From Elephas maximus (Eukaryota): 64,000 bases of DNA. Positions 47,721-59,419 of the stretch are shown here, piece after piece (positions within the stretch are counted from its first letter, which is position 1; every line of letters starts with the position of its first letter). The stretch is taken from NCBI RefSeq assembly GCF_024166365.1, contig NC_064841.1:46567680-46631679 (forward strand). Direction: 5' to 3'. The notes under the pieces are model-generated. The model was not told the origin of the DNA. It saw only the letters and a list, made by a program, of their open reading frames with translations, and did not search any database. The translations under genes and the position numbers were made by a program.

Positions 47721-48606
47721 AAGAAAGGACGCTTGTGTCAGACTGGCAATTGGTAACAATTTCACAGATCCTTAGTCCCTCCCTAGCACTTCTTGTTTGA
47801 GCCTTATTCACCTTGCATCTTGTTATTCCCTAAACGATCCAGTACAAAATAACAACAATTTACATAGCATTTACATTGTATTCAGTATTATAAGTAATCT
47901 AGAGGTGATTTAAAGTATACGGGAGGATGTGTGTAGGTTACATGCAAATACTGTGCCATTTTATATAACGGACTTGCGCATTCATGGATTTTGGTATCTG
48001 CAGGGGTCTTGGAACCAATCCTCTGCAAATACTTAGGGATGACTGTATCCTCCAGGATACTTTATAGCTCTTCTCACTTCCTTCTGAGCCTTCACCAGGA
48101 TTGTCTTTGAGGTCCTTAATTCTACAAACAGTCTCTTCAAGGCAACCTAGGCTTTTACTATTCTTTTACTATTAGGCACTTTAAAACTCTTCCAGCCTCT
48201 ACCAATTAACCCATTTCCAAAACTGCTTCCACATTTTAGCTACCTGTTAGAGCAGCACCGTACTCTTCTGCAACCAAATTCTGTCTTAGTTATCTAGTGC
48301 TGCTGTAATACTACAAATGGATGGCTTTAACAAATAAGATATTTACTTTCTCACAGTTTAGGAGGCTAGAAGTCTGAATTCAGAGCACCTGCTCTAGGCG
48401 GAAGGCATTCTCTTTCTGTGGGCTCTGGAGAAAGGCCCTTGTCTCTTCAGTTTTTGCTTCCTGGTCTCTTGGAGGTCTCCAGGTGCCTTGGCATATATCT
48501 TACCCCACCTCTGCTTTTAGCTTTCATTTAATCTCTTAAAAGAGACTGACTCAAGATACACCCCACACTAATCCTGCTTCATTAACATAACAAAGACAAC
48601 CTGTCC

Positions 48607-49100
48607 TGGATTGAATTATGTCCCCCCAAAATACGTGTGTATCAACTTGGTTAGGCCATGAGTCCCAGTATTGTGTGGTTGTCCTTCATTTTGTGATTGT
48701 GATTTTATGTCAAGAGGATTAGGGTGGGATTGTTACACCACCCTTACTCAGGTCACCTCCCTGATCCAATGTAAAGGGAGTTTCCCTGGGGTGTGACCTT
48801 TTATCTCTAAGAGATGAAAGAGAAGCAAGCAGAGAGTTGGGGACCTCATACCACCACGAAAGTGCCAGAAGCAGAGCACATCCTTTGGACGCCGGGGTCC
48901 CTGCGCCTGAGAAGCTCCCTGACCATGGGGAAGATTGAGGACAAGGACCTTCTTCCAGAGCCGACAGAGACAGAAAGCCTTCCTCTGGAGCTGACACGCT
49001 GAATTTGGACTTTTAGCCTACTTTACTCAGAAAGCATAAACTTCTCTTTGTTAAAGCCATACGCTTGTGGTATTTCTGCTATAGTAGCACTAGATGACTA
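48607..49100. repeat. Unclassified interspersed repeat (family X), longer copy
   Basis: ggattgaattatgtccccccaaaatacgtgtgtatcaacttggttaggccatgagtcccagtattgtg…attagggtgggattgttacaccacc…tgatccaatgtaaagggag…cttttagcctactttactcagaaagcataaacttctctttgttaaagccatacgcttgtggtatttctgctatagtag. Confidence 0.4.
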
Positions 49101-49149
49101 AGACACAACCCATTCCGAATGGGTTTATAACCACAGGTATAAACAAACA

Positions 49150-49310
49150 AAACACTTGGCCGTCAAGGTGATTCTGACTCATAGCGACCCTATAGGATAG
49201 AGTAGAACTGCCCCACAGAGCTTCTAAGGAGCACCAGGTGGATTCAAACTGCCAATCTTTTAATTAGCAGGCATAGCACTTAACCACTACACCACCAAGG
49301 TTTCCAACCA
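49150..49310 (-). mobile_element. AfroSINE
   Basis: aaaacacttggccgtcaaggtgattctgactcatagcgaccctataggatagagtagaactgccccacagagcttctaaggagcaccaggtggattcaaactgccaatcttttaattagcaggcatagcacttaaccactacaccaccaaggtttcc. Confidence 0.9.
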
Positions 49311-49564
49311 CAGGTTAGGATTTATAACACATATTTTCTGGGGATGCAATTCAGTCCATAACAATGACACAGAATACTATAGTTAGAATGGTTAAAATGG
49401 TATATTTTATGTGATGACTATTCTACCACACACAAAAAAATCAGTTTAGAAAATATATGAAAAATGTCTGACATGTGAAAGTTTTTTCGGACAGTTCTGC
49501 CCCTTGCAGATAATGTGTATTTAAAACAGCAAATCTCTGATTATTTTCGTATTTGTGGAAAGTA

Positions 49565-49725
49565 ATGCTGGGTAAGCTTTCGGCTGCTAATCAAAAGATC
49601 GATGGTTTGAATCTACCAACTGCTCCTTGGAAACCCTATTGGGCAGTTCTACTCTGTTTTAATGTGTCGCTATGAGTCAGAATCGACTCGACGACAATGG
49701 ATTTGGTTATTTGTTTTGGAAAGTA
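49565..49725 (+). mobile_element. AfroSINE, 5'-truncated and diverged
   Basis: gctgggtaagctttcggctgctaatcaaaagatcgatggtttgaatctaccaactgctccttggaaaccctattgggcagttctactctgttttaatgtgtcgctatgagtcagaatcgactcgacgacaatggatttgg. Confidence 0.75.
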
Positions 49726-51859
49726 AAGTGTTGTTTTAAAAATGTGTAATAAAAAAACAACAGTGTGCTTCAAGAAATGCCAAACAACTATATAAATATC
49801 TCAACTATTGTTCTCTTCAATAAATATATAGGAGAGACAACTATCATGGTATTGCTCTCCTGTCATCACAGCAAAGATCCCAGTCAGAATTCTCCTTTTA
49901 TTATCTATCCAACATCATTGGTCAGGCAGTCTTGAATGAAGTGCATGTGATAATCCCTTCCTTGTATAGGCTCTTAGGTTTCAATGATATTTTACTGCAA
50001 ATCTAACGTACCAGCAATAGTTCTATCCATACAAAAATACTGAGATATTCAAGGAAGATGTCTTTCAGCTTCAAACAGTATTATAAACTTCTTTACTAAG
50101 GTAAAATTATAGCAGTCTGAGATTTGGGAGCCTTGGAGAGTAACTCCTCTCTCTTTCTCACAGGTGAGGTGGACTGTGGGTTTTCTTGCCCTTTTCCTAG
50201 AGGCCTAGAGTCATCTTTTCTAGTCTGGGTGACTTCGGTTTGGGCATTGTACCTCAGCCAGGCCTGCATTTCTGTCCTCTCACGATAGGGCAGTCACTGC
50301 TACCACTAGCTCAACAATGAAAAGTTCTCAATTCTCTAAACATCTTTCTGCCCAGATTAACTATGTTAAAAGGGTAGTTATTACCAAATAATTTGGAAAT
50401 TATAGATGTATTATTTTTTATCTTGCAAAACCATTTGATATAACCTGTAGAGCTGGGCTTTTGCAGACAACCCAAGTTCCTCGTCAGTTGAAATCATAAT
50501 AAAGATGAAAACATCTCCTGGTCATTGAATTTTTTACTACATGGTAGGTGTTACGCTAAGTTTTTACGTATAGCCTTTAATTTAATCTTGACAACCCCAT
50601 AATGTAGGTATTATTGTCACCTCCATTTTGCAGATGAGAAGATTGAATTTCAGAGAAGTACAAAGTTCTCTGTAAATTGTCAAGTTAGGATTTGATCCAG
50701 GCCCGCCTGACTCCAAAGCATGGGCTGTTAACCGTTACATTACAGTGTCCTCTTGCTTCCTATGATGGCATAAAGGATTGTATCAGAATGGGTAATTTGT
50801 GGTTAAACCCCCCTGTGTGAGCATTTGGTCTAAGTTTTCTCCACAGCAATACCTGAAGATGCAACAAAGATCGGAGTAGCTGATTTGATTGAATCTTTCA
50901 TTGCCTGGCAGACTAGAATTCAGAAGTTACTCCCCTCCACTGTGTAAGGGATTTGGAAGACCCTGCAGCCTTAGTTGAGAGTTTTAAGAATTACATGAAA
51001 GCTTATATAGATCAGAACCTAAATTTAACAGCTGGATAAGACTTGAATATGGTAAAAGACTATTCAGTCAATAAGCAATGTGAGCAGCAGTACTACATAT
51101 TACACTAGAACAAGAACAGGCATAAAATTAGAGGCTATTGTCACTGTCCTCAAAAAGGAACATTCTAAGAAAAATGATGAGATTTGGGTACGCTTTCAAA
51201 CTAAAGCACACTCATAAATGAAGATCGTTTCGGTCCTGAAGTGATGAGAGTTCTAGTCCTTGTCCAGCATCTTAAAATAGTCATGTGATCTTGGAAGACT
51301 GGGCTTTGGCTTCCTCTTCTACAAGGAAAATTTAATAACAATAATAAACACAACAAACCCAAAACCTTGATTTTGGTAAGTAGAACTATTTTTGAAGTAA
51401 AAGGCAAAAAAAAAAAAAAAGAAGAATTTTTTTTTTTTTTGGTAGTGATGTGGAAAATTTCTGAGAAATTGTTTCTAAATTAGCTTTAGCCAGTGGAAGT
51501 TTGCTTCAGATATTATACCAGTTGTTATAAATGGCATGTCATCTGATTTCAACATTTTACTGTTAAAAATCAGAATGTCAAACGGATTCCTGCTGTTTAA
51601 AGAGTCACGAAGCCCAGATACGTACACCGTGCTAACTTGCAATGCTGTAACTTCCTAAAGGGCCGTAACTGCATCCACCCTGCACGCATTTCTTCAGTTT
51701 TGTACTTTTTGTGCTCAAAATAGTTTTAGTAGCTAATGAACACACTAGCTACATGAACAAAGTGAGATAACTATATTTGGAGTGAACTGTCTCACGGTCA
51801 TCTTTGCCTTATGAAATAGTGTGGCCGATCACTCTTGGTTCTCCTAATTAACACTCAGC

Positions 51860-52620
51860 CACCGGCAAAAGAAAACCTAAAAAAAAGGAAAAGTAACACC
51901 CAAACCGACCGTTCGCAAACAGCAAACAACAAAAAAAAGCCTTTAAGTTGTGCGCGCTGGGTCTCTGTGCGCCCAGTTTGCGAGGAACGTAAAGATTTAC
52001 TCCACGTGTAGGGCCTACCCTTCATTTCAAAGGGACCCAGGAGCGTTAGTCTTGGGCCCTCCACGGTGAACGCCCATGCCCCCGCCGACAGAGCAACATC
52101 CCAGCCAGTTGCCCGCGGTTCGGGCGGAGGCGCCGCGCAGCAAGGTTCTCGCTGACGTCCTTGGCCCGTGGTGCCGCTGGGAGTTGTAGTTTGCATAGGT
52201 CCGGCGGTGCCAGCCCGAGCGTGGAAGACCCGGCGATAACTACACTTCCCAGGAGCCCTCGGGTTTGGCGGGGTCGTCAGGGCAGCGGCTGCGGCGACTC
52301 GATCGTAAATGCGGCGCGAGTTGGTAAAAGCGCTGGTGTGGGAGCGGGCATACAGACCGGTGAGGGGGCGCTCGGCGGTTGTAGGTGGGCTACGGGGGCC
52401 GGGGATAGGGCTGACGGGTCTCGGGGTTCGGGCTGGCTTGGCAGAGGGAACGCAGGTGGGGAAACAGGGTGGTCGGCGGGCCGCGGGAAATACCAGTTTA
52501 ATGTCTATCACAGGTTAACGCTGTTGTTTCTTCGGGGAGCCTTAGAAGCCTGCCTTTCAGGCGGGTCTCACTGTCTTGTGGTTTTGGCTTGACTTGGAGG
52601 TATTGTTTAAACGCGTTGGA
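51860..52620. promoter_or_regulatory. CpG island / candidate TATA-less promoter. It has two inverted ACTACAnnTCCCAG (ZNF143/SBS-like) motifs at 52177-52199 (minus orientation) and 52238-52253 (plus), and a CRE-like TGACGTCC at 52153-52160.
   Basis: Very high G+C and CpG density against AT-rich, CpG-poor flanks. The motifs are read directly: cctatgcaaACTACAACTCCCAGcggc (reverse complement) and aACTACACTTCCCAGgagc. No TATA box. Not a repeat. Confidence 0.7.
52309..52359 (+). CDS. Candidate first coding exon: ATG plus 17 codons (MRRELVKALVWERAYRP) ending exactly at a GT donor (accg|gtgaggg). Gene unknown.
   Basis: The ATG sits in a CpG island ~70 bp downstream of the ZNF143-like motif. The downstream sequence fits a splice donor (CG|GTGAGG). 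Nothing else supports it, and the peptide is not recognised. Confidence 0.25.
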
Positions 52621-53966
52621 AAAGAGAGTTTAGGTGGCGTTTGCTTTTTGTCCTTTGGGCCCATCGGTTTCATCCCTGTAAAGTGCTTCTGTTTTAAAGT
52701 TTCGTTATAGATTCGTGGCATTTGAGGAGTAATAAGGCTTTGAAGGAAGTGTTTTATTTTGGCAAACTGAACTTCCTGCACCGTTTACTTTTCAGGGCCT
52801 TTTTTTCCCTTAGGGTGCGGAGAGTTTATCTTTTTTTTTTTTTTCCTTTAAAATGGTTTTAAGAACGTTTATATAGAGGGTCAAGACTGACAGTTTACTT
52901 CAGTAGGATTTTGATATCTGTAAAAGCTAGAGTCTAATTCTATCGAGGCATTTTTTTGCTGTAAATTCTTCCTTTATAAAAGGGCTTAATATAAAAAATG
53001 AATAGCAGATTGAGGTAAAACAGTATTTTTATATTTAATGCTGACATTAACACATTTTTAAGATCATAAACATGATACTGAAATGAAGGTGTGGAATTTT
53101 CTTTTTCTTTAAGTGGGAGAAAGACGCAGATGCCCTGTCACAATGTTATAACCAGAATGTATTAGTCTAGTGGGGAACTTTTCTAGTTTTTCTTTTTTTT
53201 TTTAAATTATCTCAAAAATATTTAAGAAATTATTGTGAAATGTATATAATAAAACATTTGCCAATTCAACATTTTTTACATGTAGAGTTTCATTGACATT
53301 AGTTATGTTCATCATGTGCAACCATCACCATTATCTGTTTCCAAATTTTTCCATTACCCTGAACAGAAGCTCAGTGCCCCCTAAGAAATACCCACCTTCC
53401 TCTCACCACTGGTAACCACTATTAAATTTTGGTCTCTGTACATTTGCCTATTCTGGATATTTCATGTAAGTGGTTCATACAGTATTTGTCCTTTCGTGCC
53501 TGACCTCTTTCAGCATGATGTTTTCAAGGTTCATCCATGTTGTAGCATGTATGAGGACTTCATTTCGCTTTATGGCTAATTTATTCCATTGTATGTATAT
53601 ACTACATTGTGTTGATCACTTCATCTGTAGTTGAACTTGTAGATTGTTTCTGCCTTTTGGCTATTGTGAAGAGTGCTGCAGTGAACGTTGGTGTACGAGA
53701 ATCTGTTTGACTCTTGCTTTCCAGGCCATTGAGTATATACTAGGAGTAGAATTGTGGATCATCTGGTAGCTCTATGTTTAACTTTTTGAGGAACTGTCAT
53801 GCTTTTTCGCAGCGGCTGCACCATTTTACAATCCTACTGGCAATGGATGGGGGTTCCGGTTTCACCACATCCTTGCCAACGCTTAATATTTTGATAACAG
53901 CCATCCTAGTGGGAGTGAGGTGGTATCTCATTGTGGTTTTGATTTGCATTTCCTTAATGGATAAAG

Positions 53967-54116
53967 GGAAACCCTGGTGGTATAGAGTTCCAGCTGCTAA
54001 CCAGAAGGTAGGCAGTTCAAATCCACCAGATGCTCCTTGGAAACTCTTTGGGGCAGTTCTACTCTGTCACGTAGGGTCGCTATGAGTCGGAATCGACTCC
54101 ATGGCAGCATGTTTTT
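53967..54116 (+). mobile_element. AfroSINE inserted in the old L1, with TSD AATGGATAA(A)GG (53956-53966 / 54117-54127)
   Basis: ggaaaccctggtggtatagagttccagctgctaaccagaaggtaggcagttcaaatccaccagatgctccttggaaactctttggggcagttctactctgtcacgtagggtcgctatgagtcggaatcgactccatggcagcatg. Confidence 0.9.
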
Positions 54117-55008
54117 AATGGATAAGGATTTGAGCATCTTTTCATTTGCTTATTGGCCATCTGTATATCTTTTTTAGTGAAATGGCTATTCAAGTCCTTT
54201 GCCCGTTTTTAGATTGGGTTGTCTTTTTGTTGTTGTGTTGTAGGAGTTCTTTTTATAGTCCTGGATATTAAACCCTTGTCATATATGTTATTCCCAAATA
54301 TTTTCTCACAATCTGTAGATTGTGTCTTCACTTTGTTGATAAAAGTTCTTTGGTGCACAGATGTTTTAAATTTTTATAAAGTTCAGTTTATCCGTTTTGT
54401 CTTCTTTTGTGTGTGCTTTTTTTTTTGTATATGAAAAAATTTGTTGTTAAAAGCTCGCTCCTGAAGAATCGCTTGTATGTTTTTTTCAAGAATTTTATGG
54501 TTTTAGTTCTTACATTCAGGTTTTTGATACATTTTGAGTTAATTTTGATATGTGGTGTGAAATATGGATCCAGCTTCATTATTTTACATGTGGAGATCCA
54601 GTTGTCCCAGCTCCATTTATTGAAGAGCCTGTTCTTTCCCCACTGGATGAACTTAGCACCCTTGCTGAAATCAGTTATTTCTGGATTCTTAATTCTAGTC
54701 CATGTTACATGTGTCTGTCATTGGACTGGTACCAGACTATTTGAATTATTGTAGCCTTATAGTATGTTTTGAAATTGGGAAATGTGAGTCCTCTTACTTT
54801 GTTCTTTTCTAGGATTGCTTTGGCTATTTGAGGCCTCTTACAATTCCAGGTAAATGTGAGGATTGGCTTTTCCATTTCTGAAAAGAAGGCTGCTGGAATT
54901 TTGATAGGTATTATGTTGAATCTATAAATTGCTTTGAGTAGAGTTGACATCTTCACAATATTGAGTCTTCCAATCCATGAAGATGGAATGTCTTTCCATT
55001 TTGTTAGA

Positions 55009-55460
55009 TAGATGGCTGCTGTTGAGTCAACTCCCAACTCACGGTGACTTTATGTACAACAGAATGAAACATTGCCCAGTCCTGTGTCATCCTCATGATC
55101 TCTGGCATGTTCAAGTCCATCATTACCGCTGTTGTGCCAGTCCATCTCACCAGAGGTCTTTCTTGCCCTTGCTGGCCCTCTTCATCAAACATGATGTCCT
55201 CCTCAAGCGATGATCCCTTTTGATGGATGATGTGTCCAAAGCAAGCCATTTGGGCAGCGTTCTGTTGTGATCCATAAGGTTTTCATTGACTGATTTTCAA
55301 AAATAGATAAGCCAGGCCTTTCTTTCAGTCTATTTTAGTTTGGTAGCTTTACCCACCATGAGTGACCCTACTGGTATTTGAAATACCGGTGGCATTGCTT
55401 CCAGCATTACAGCAGTACACATGTCACTGTAGTACAACAAACTGACAGACAGGTTGTGGT
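55009..55460 (-). mobile_element. RTE/BovB 3' fragment (C-terminal coding region plus tail) inserted into the old L1 ORF2
   Basis: Minus-strand ORF …[66 protein letters not shown] is collinear with the RTE C-terminus at 33476-33700. L1 ORF2 reads …LKEIKEDLNKW | insert | KDIPSSWIG across it. Confidence 0.75.
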
Positions 55461-55788
55461 CCATTTATTTAGATCTTCCTTAATTTTTTCAGCAGCGTTT
55501 TATAGTTTTCAGTTTACAAGTCTTTCACCTTCCTGGTTAAATTTATTCTTAGGTGTTTTATTCTTTTAGATGCTGTTGTAAAGGGAATTGTTAATTTCTT
55601 TTTCAGATTGCTCATTGCTGTTCTGTAGAAGCCCAGCTGATTTTTGTGTGTTGATCTTGTACCTTACCACTTTGTTGAATTCATTTATTAGCTCTATTAG
55701 CTTTTATTGTGGATTCTTTGAGATTTTCTATATTTAGGATCATGTCATCTGTGACTAGGAATAGTTTACTTCTTTTTTCTTGATTTAA

Positions 55789-55956
55789 ACTGTAAGAAAA
55801 CAAACCCACTGCCATTGAGTCGATTCCAACTCACAGCTACTCTGTACAATAGAACAGAACTGCCCCATAGAGTTTCCAAGGAGCACCTGGCGGATTTGAA
55901 TTGCCAACCTCTTGGTTAGCAGCCTTAGCACTTAGCCACTACACCACCAGGGATTC
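55789..55956 (-). mobile_element. AfroSINE inserted in the old L1, with TSD TTCTTGATTTA (55776-55788 / 55958-55970)
   Basis: aaaacaaacccactgccattgagtcgattccaactcacagctactctgtacaatagaacagaactgccccatagagtttccaaggagcacctggcggatttgaattgccaacctcttggttagcagccttagcacttagccactacaccaccagggattcc. Confidence 0.9.
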
Positions 55957-58900
55957 CGTTCTTGATTTAGATAGGTCTTATATCTTTTTCTTGCCTAATT
56001 GCTTTGGCTAGGACTTCTGAAACAATATCGAATAACAGTGGTAAGAGTGAGCATCCTTGTCTTATTCCTGATCTTAAAGGGAAAGCTCTTCCTTGTAGTT
56101 TACTGAAAAACAATTAGAATTACTTTACTTAAAACAGATTTAAAGAATTATTCAGGAATGCCATATACCCAGTAAAGAGCACTAATCTTAAGTGTATTCC
56201 CTAAATTTGTATACACCAGTGAATCATGACCTAGAAAAAGAACACTTTCTATCACCCTTGAAGGCAGGAGGCCCATGGTGGGGGGCAGGGTGATTTTTCT
56301 TGTGGAACTGTGGAGAACATAGGCTCCCTAGATGGGCAGAGAAGCAATGCCAGACTAGGGACAGAAGCATGAAAGTGCTACATATGAGTAATATCTGATA
56401 TTGATACTGGTTTTTTTTTTTGGTAATTAAATAACTTAGAAGGTGTTTTAGCTCCCATAGTTAAGGTCAACTGATTTCTCACTTGTATCAAATCATCAGT
56501 AATTGAATGCTTGGACTAGAAGGAATCTTAAGTTTAAACCTAACTTTTATTTCTTTTTTTAATAATTTTTATTGTGCTTTAAGTGAAAGTTTACAAATCA
56601 AGTCAGTCACATATAAGCTTATGTACACCTTACTCTATACTCCCACTTACTCTCCCCCTAATGAGTCAGCCCGCTCCCACCTGCCAGTCTCTCCTTTTGT
56701 GACGATTTTGCCAGTTTCTAACCCTCCTCTACACTCCTATCTCCCCTCCAGACAGGAGATGCCAACACAGTCTCAAGTGTCCACCTGATACAAGTAGCTC
56801 ACTCTTCATCAGCATCTCTCTCCAACCCATTGTCCAGTCCCTTCCATGTCTGATGAGTTGTCTTCGGGAATGGTTCCTGTCCTGGGCCAACAGAAGGTCT
56901 GGGGACCATGACCGCTGGGATTCTTCTAGTCTCAGTCAGACCATTACGTCTGGTCTTTTTATGAGAATTTGGGGTCTGCATCCCACTGATCTCCTGCTCC
57001 CTCAGGGGTTCTCTGTTGTGCTCCCTGTCAGGGCAGTCATCCGTTGTGGCTGGGCACCATCTAATTCTTCTGGTCTCAGGATGATATAAGTCTCTGGTTC
57101 ATGTAGCCCTTTCTGTCTCTTGGGCTCATAGTTATCATGTGGCCTTGGTGTTCTTCATTCTCCTTTGATCCAGGTGGGTTAAGACCAATTGATGCATCTT
57201 AGATGGCCGCTTGTTAGTATTTAAGACCCCAAACGCCACATTTCAAAGTGGGATGCAGAATGTTTTCATAATAGAATTTATTTTGCCAATTGACTTAGAA
57301 GTCCCCTTAAGCCATAGTCCCCAAACCCCCTCCCTTGCTCCGCTGACCTTTGAAGCATTCAGTTTATCCCAGAAACTTCTTTGTTTTTGGTCCAGTCCAG
57401 TTGAGCTGACCTTCCGTGTATTGAGTATTGTCCTTCCCTTCACCTAAAGTAGTTCTTATCTACTAACTAATCAGTAAATAACCCTCTCCCACCCTCCCTC
57501 CCCCTCCTCGTAACCACAAAAGAATGTGTTCTTCTCAGTTTATACTATTTCTCAAGATCTTATAATAGTGGTCTTATACAATATTTGTCCTTTTGCCTCT
57601 GACTAATTTCGCTCAGCATAATGCCTTCCAGGTTCCTCCATGTTATGAAATGTTTCACAGATTCGTCACTGTTCTTTATCGATGCGTAGTATTCCATTGT
57701 GTGAATATACCACAATTTATTTAACCATTCATCCGTTGATGGACACCTTGGTTGCTTCCAGCTTTTTGCTATTGTAAACAGAGCTGCAATAAACATGGGT
57801 GTGCCTGTGTCTGTTCGTGTAAAGGCTCTTATTTCTCTAGAGTATATTCCGAGGAGTGGGATTTCTGGGTTGTATGGTAGTTCTATTTCTAACTTTTTAA
57901 GAAAACGCCAGATAGATTTCCAAACTGGTTATACCATTTTACATTCCCACCAGCAGTGTGTAAGAGTTCCAATCTCTCCGCAACCTATCTAACATTTATT
58001 ATTTTGTGTTTTTTGGATTAATGCCAGCGTTGTTGGAGTGAGATGGAATCTCATCGTAGTTTTAATTTGCATTTCTCTAATGGCTAATGATCAAGAGCAT
58101 TTTCTCATGTATCTGTTAGCTGCCTGAATATCTTCTTTAGTGAAGTGCGTGTTCATATCTTTTTGCCCACTTTTTGATTGGGTTGTTTGTCTTTTTGTGG
58201 TTGAGTTTTAACAGAATCATATAGATTTTAGAGATCAGGCGCTGGTCCGAGATGTCATAGCTGAAAATTTTTTACCAATCTGTAGGTGGTCTTTTTACTC
58301 TTTTGGTGAAGTCTTTAGAGGAGCATAGGTGTTTGATTTTTAGGAGCTCCCAATTATCTGGTTTCTCTTCGTCATTTTTGGTAATGTTTTGTATTCTGTT
58401 TATGCCTTGTATTAGGGCCCCGAACGTTGTCCCTCTTTTTTCTTCCATGATCTTTATCGTTTGAGTCTTTATGTTTAGGTCTTTGATCCAGTTGGAGTTA
58501 GTTTTTGTGCATGGTGTGAGGTATGGGTCCTGTTTCATTTTTTTGCAAATGGATATCCAGTTATGCCAGCACCATTTGTTGAAAAGACTATCTTTTCCCC
58601 AATTAACTGACCCTGGTCCTTTGTCAAATATCAGCTGCTCATATGTGGATGGATTTATATCTGGGTTGTCAATTCTGTTCCCTTGGTCTGTGTGCCCATT
58701 GTTGTACCATACCAGGCTGTTTTGACTACTGTGCCTGTATAATATGTTCTAAAATCAGGTAGAGTGAGGCCTCCCACTTTGTTCTTCTTTTTCAGTAATG
58801 CTTTACTTATCCGGGGCTTCTTTCCCTTCCATATGAAGTTGGTGATTTGTTTCTCCATCACATTAAAAAATGTCATTGGGATTTGGATCAGAAGTGCATT

Positions 58901-59161
58901 GTATGTACAGATGGCTTTTCGTAGAATATACATTTTTTACTATGTTAACTCTTCTATCCATGAGCAAGGTATGTTTTTCCACTTACGTAGGTCCTTTTTA
59001 GTTTCTTGCAGTAGTACTTTGTGGTTTTCTTTGTATAGGTCTTTTACATCTTTGGTAAGATTTATTCCTAAGTATTTTATCTTCTCGGGGGCTACTGTGA
59101 ATGGTATTGATTTGGTGATTTCCTCTTCGATGTTCTTTTTGTTGATGTAGAGGAATCCAAG

Positions 59162-59419
59162 TCATTTTTGTATGTTTATCTTATAACCTGAGACTCTGCC
59201 AAACTCTTCTCTTAGTTTCAGTAGTTTTCTGAAGGATTTCTTAGGGTTTTCTGTGTATAAGATCATGCCATCTGCAGATAGAGATAATTTTCCTTCCTCC
59301 TTGCCAATCTGGATGCGCTTTATTTCTTTCTCTAGCCTAATTGCTCTGGCTAGGACCTCTAGCACAATGTAGAATAAGAGCGGTGATAAGGGGCATCCTT
59401 GTCCGGTTCCCGTTCTCAA
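59162..59419 (-). pseudogene. L1-I ORF2 RT piece with the catalytic FADD motif mutated to SADG
   Basis: …[63 protein letters not shown]. Compare FADDMILY in L1-D and L1-E. Confidence 0.8.

Larger units (their letters stand above)
53190..56100 (-). mobile_element. Old L1 (minus strand): 3' end and ORF2 RT/C-terminal region. Interrupted by an AfroSINE, an RTE fragment and a second AfroSINE.
   Basis: Reverse complement of a typical older mammalian L1 3' end (…ggtatctcattgtggttttgatttgcatttccttaatgg…atcttttcatttgcttattggccatctgtatatc…). Minus-strand ORF2 pieces include …[38 protein letters not shown]…. Confidence 0.8.

Noticed and set aside
51855-52592. Long ORFs in the CpG island (218 aa on the minus strand at 51855-52511; 143 aa on the plus strand at 52161-52592)
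   Set aside because: The peptides are low-complexity and rich in Gly, Arg, Ala and Pro, as expected from stop-codon-poor GC-rich DNA. There is no recognisable domain. Only the short ATG-to-donor segment at 52309-52359 is retained, as a low-confidence exon.
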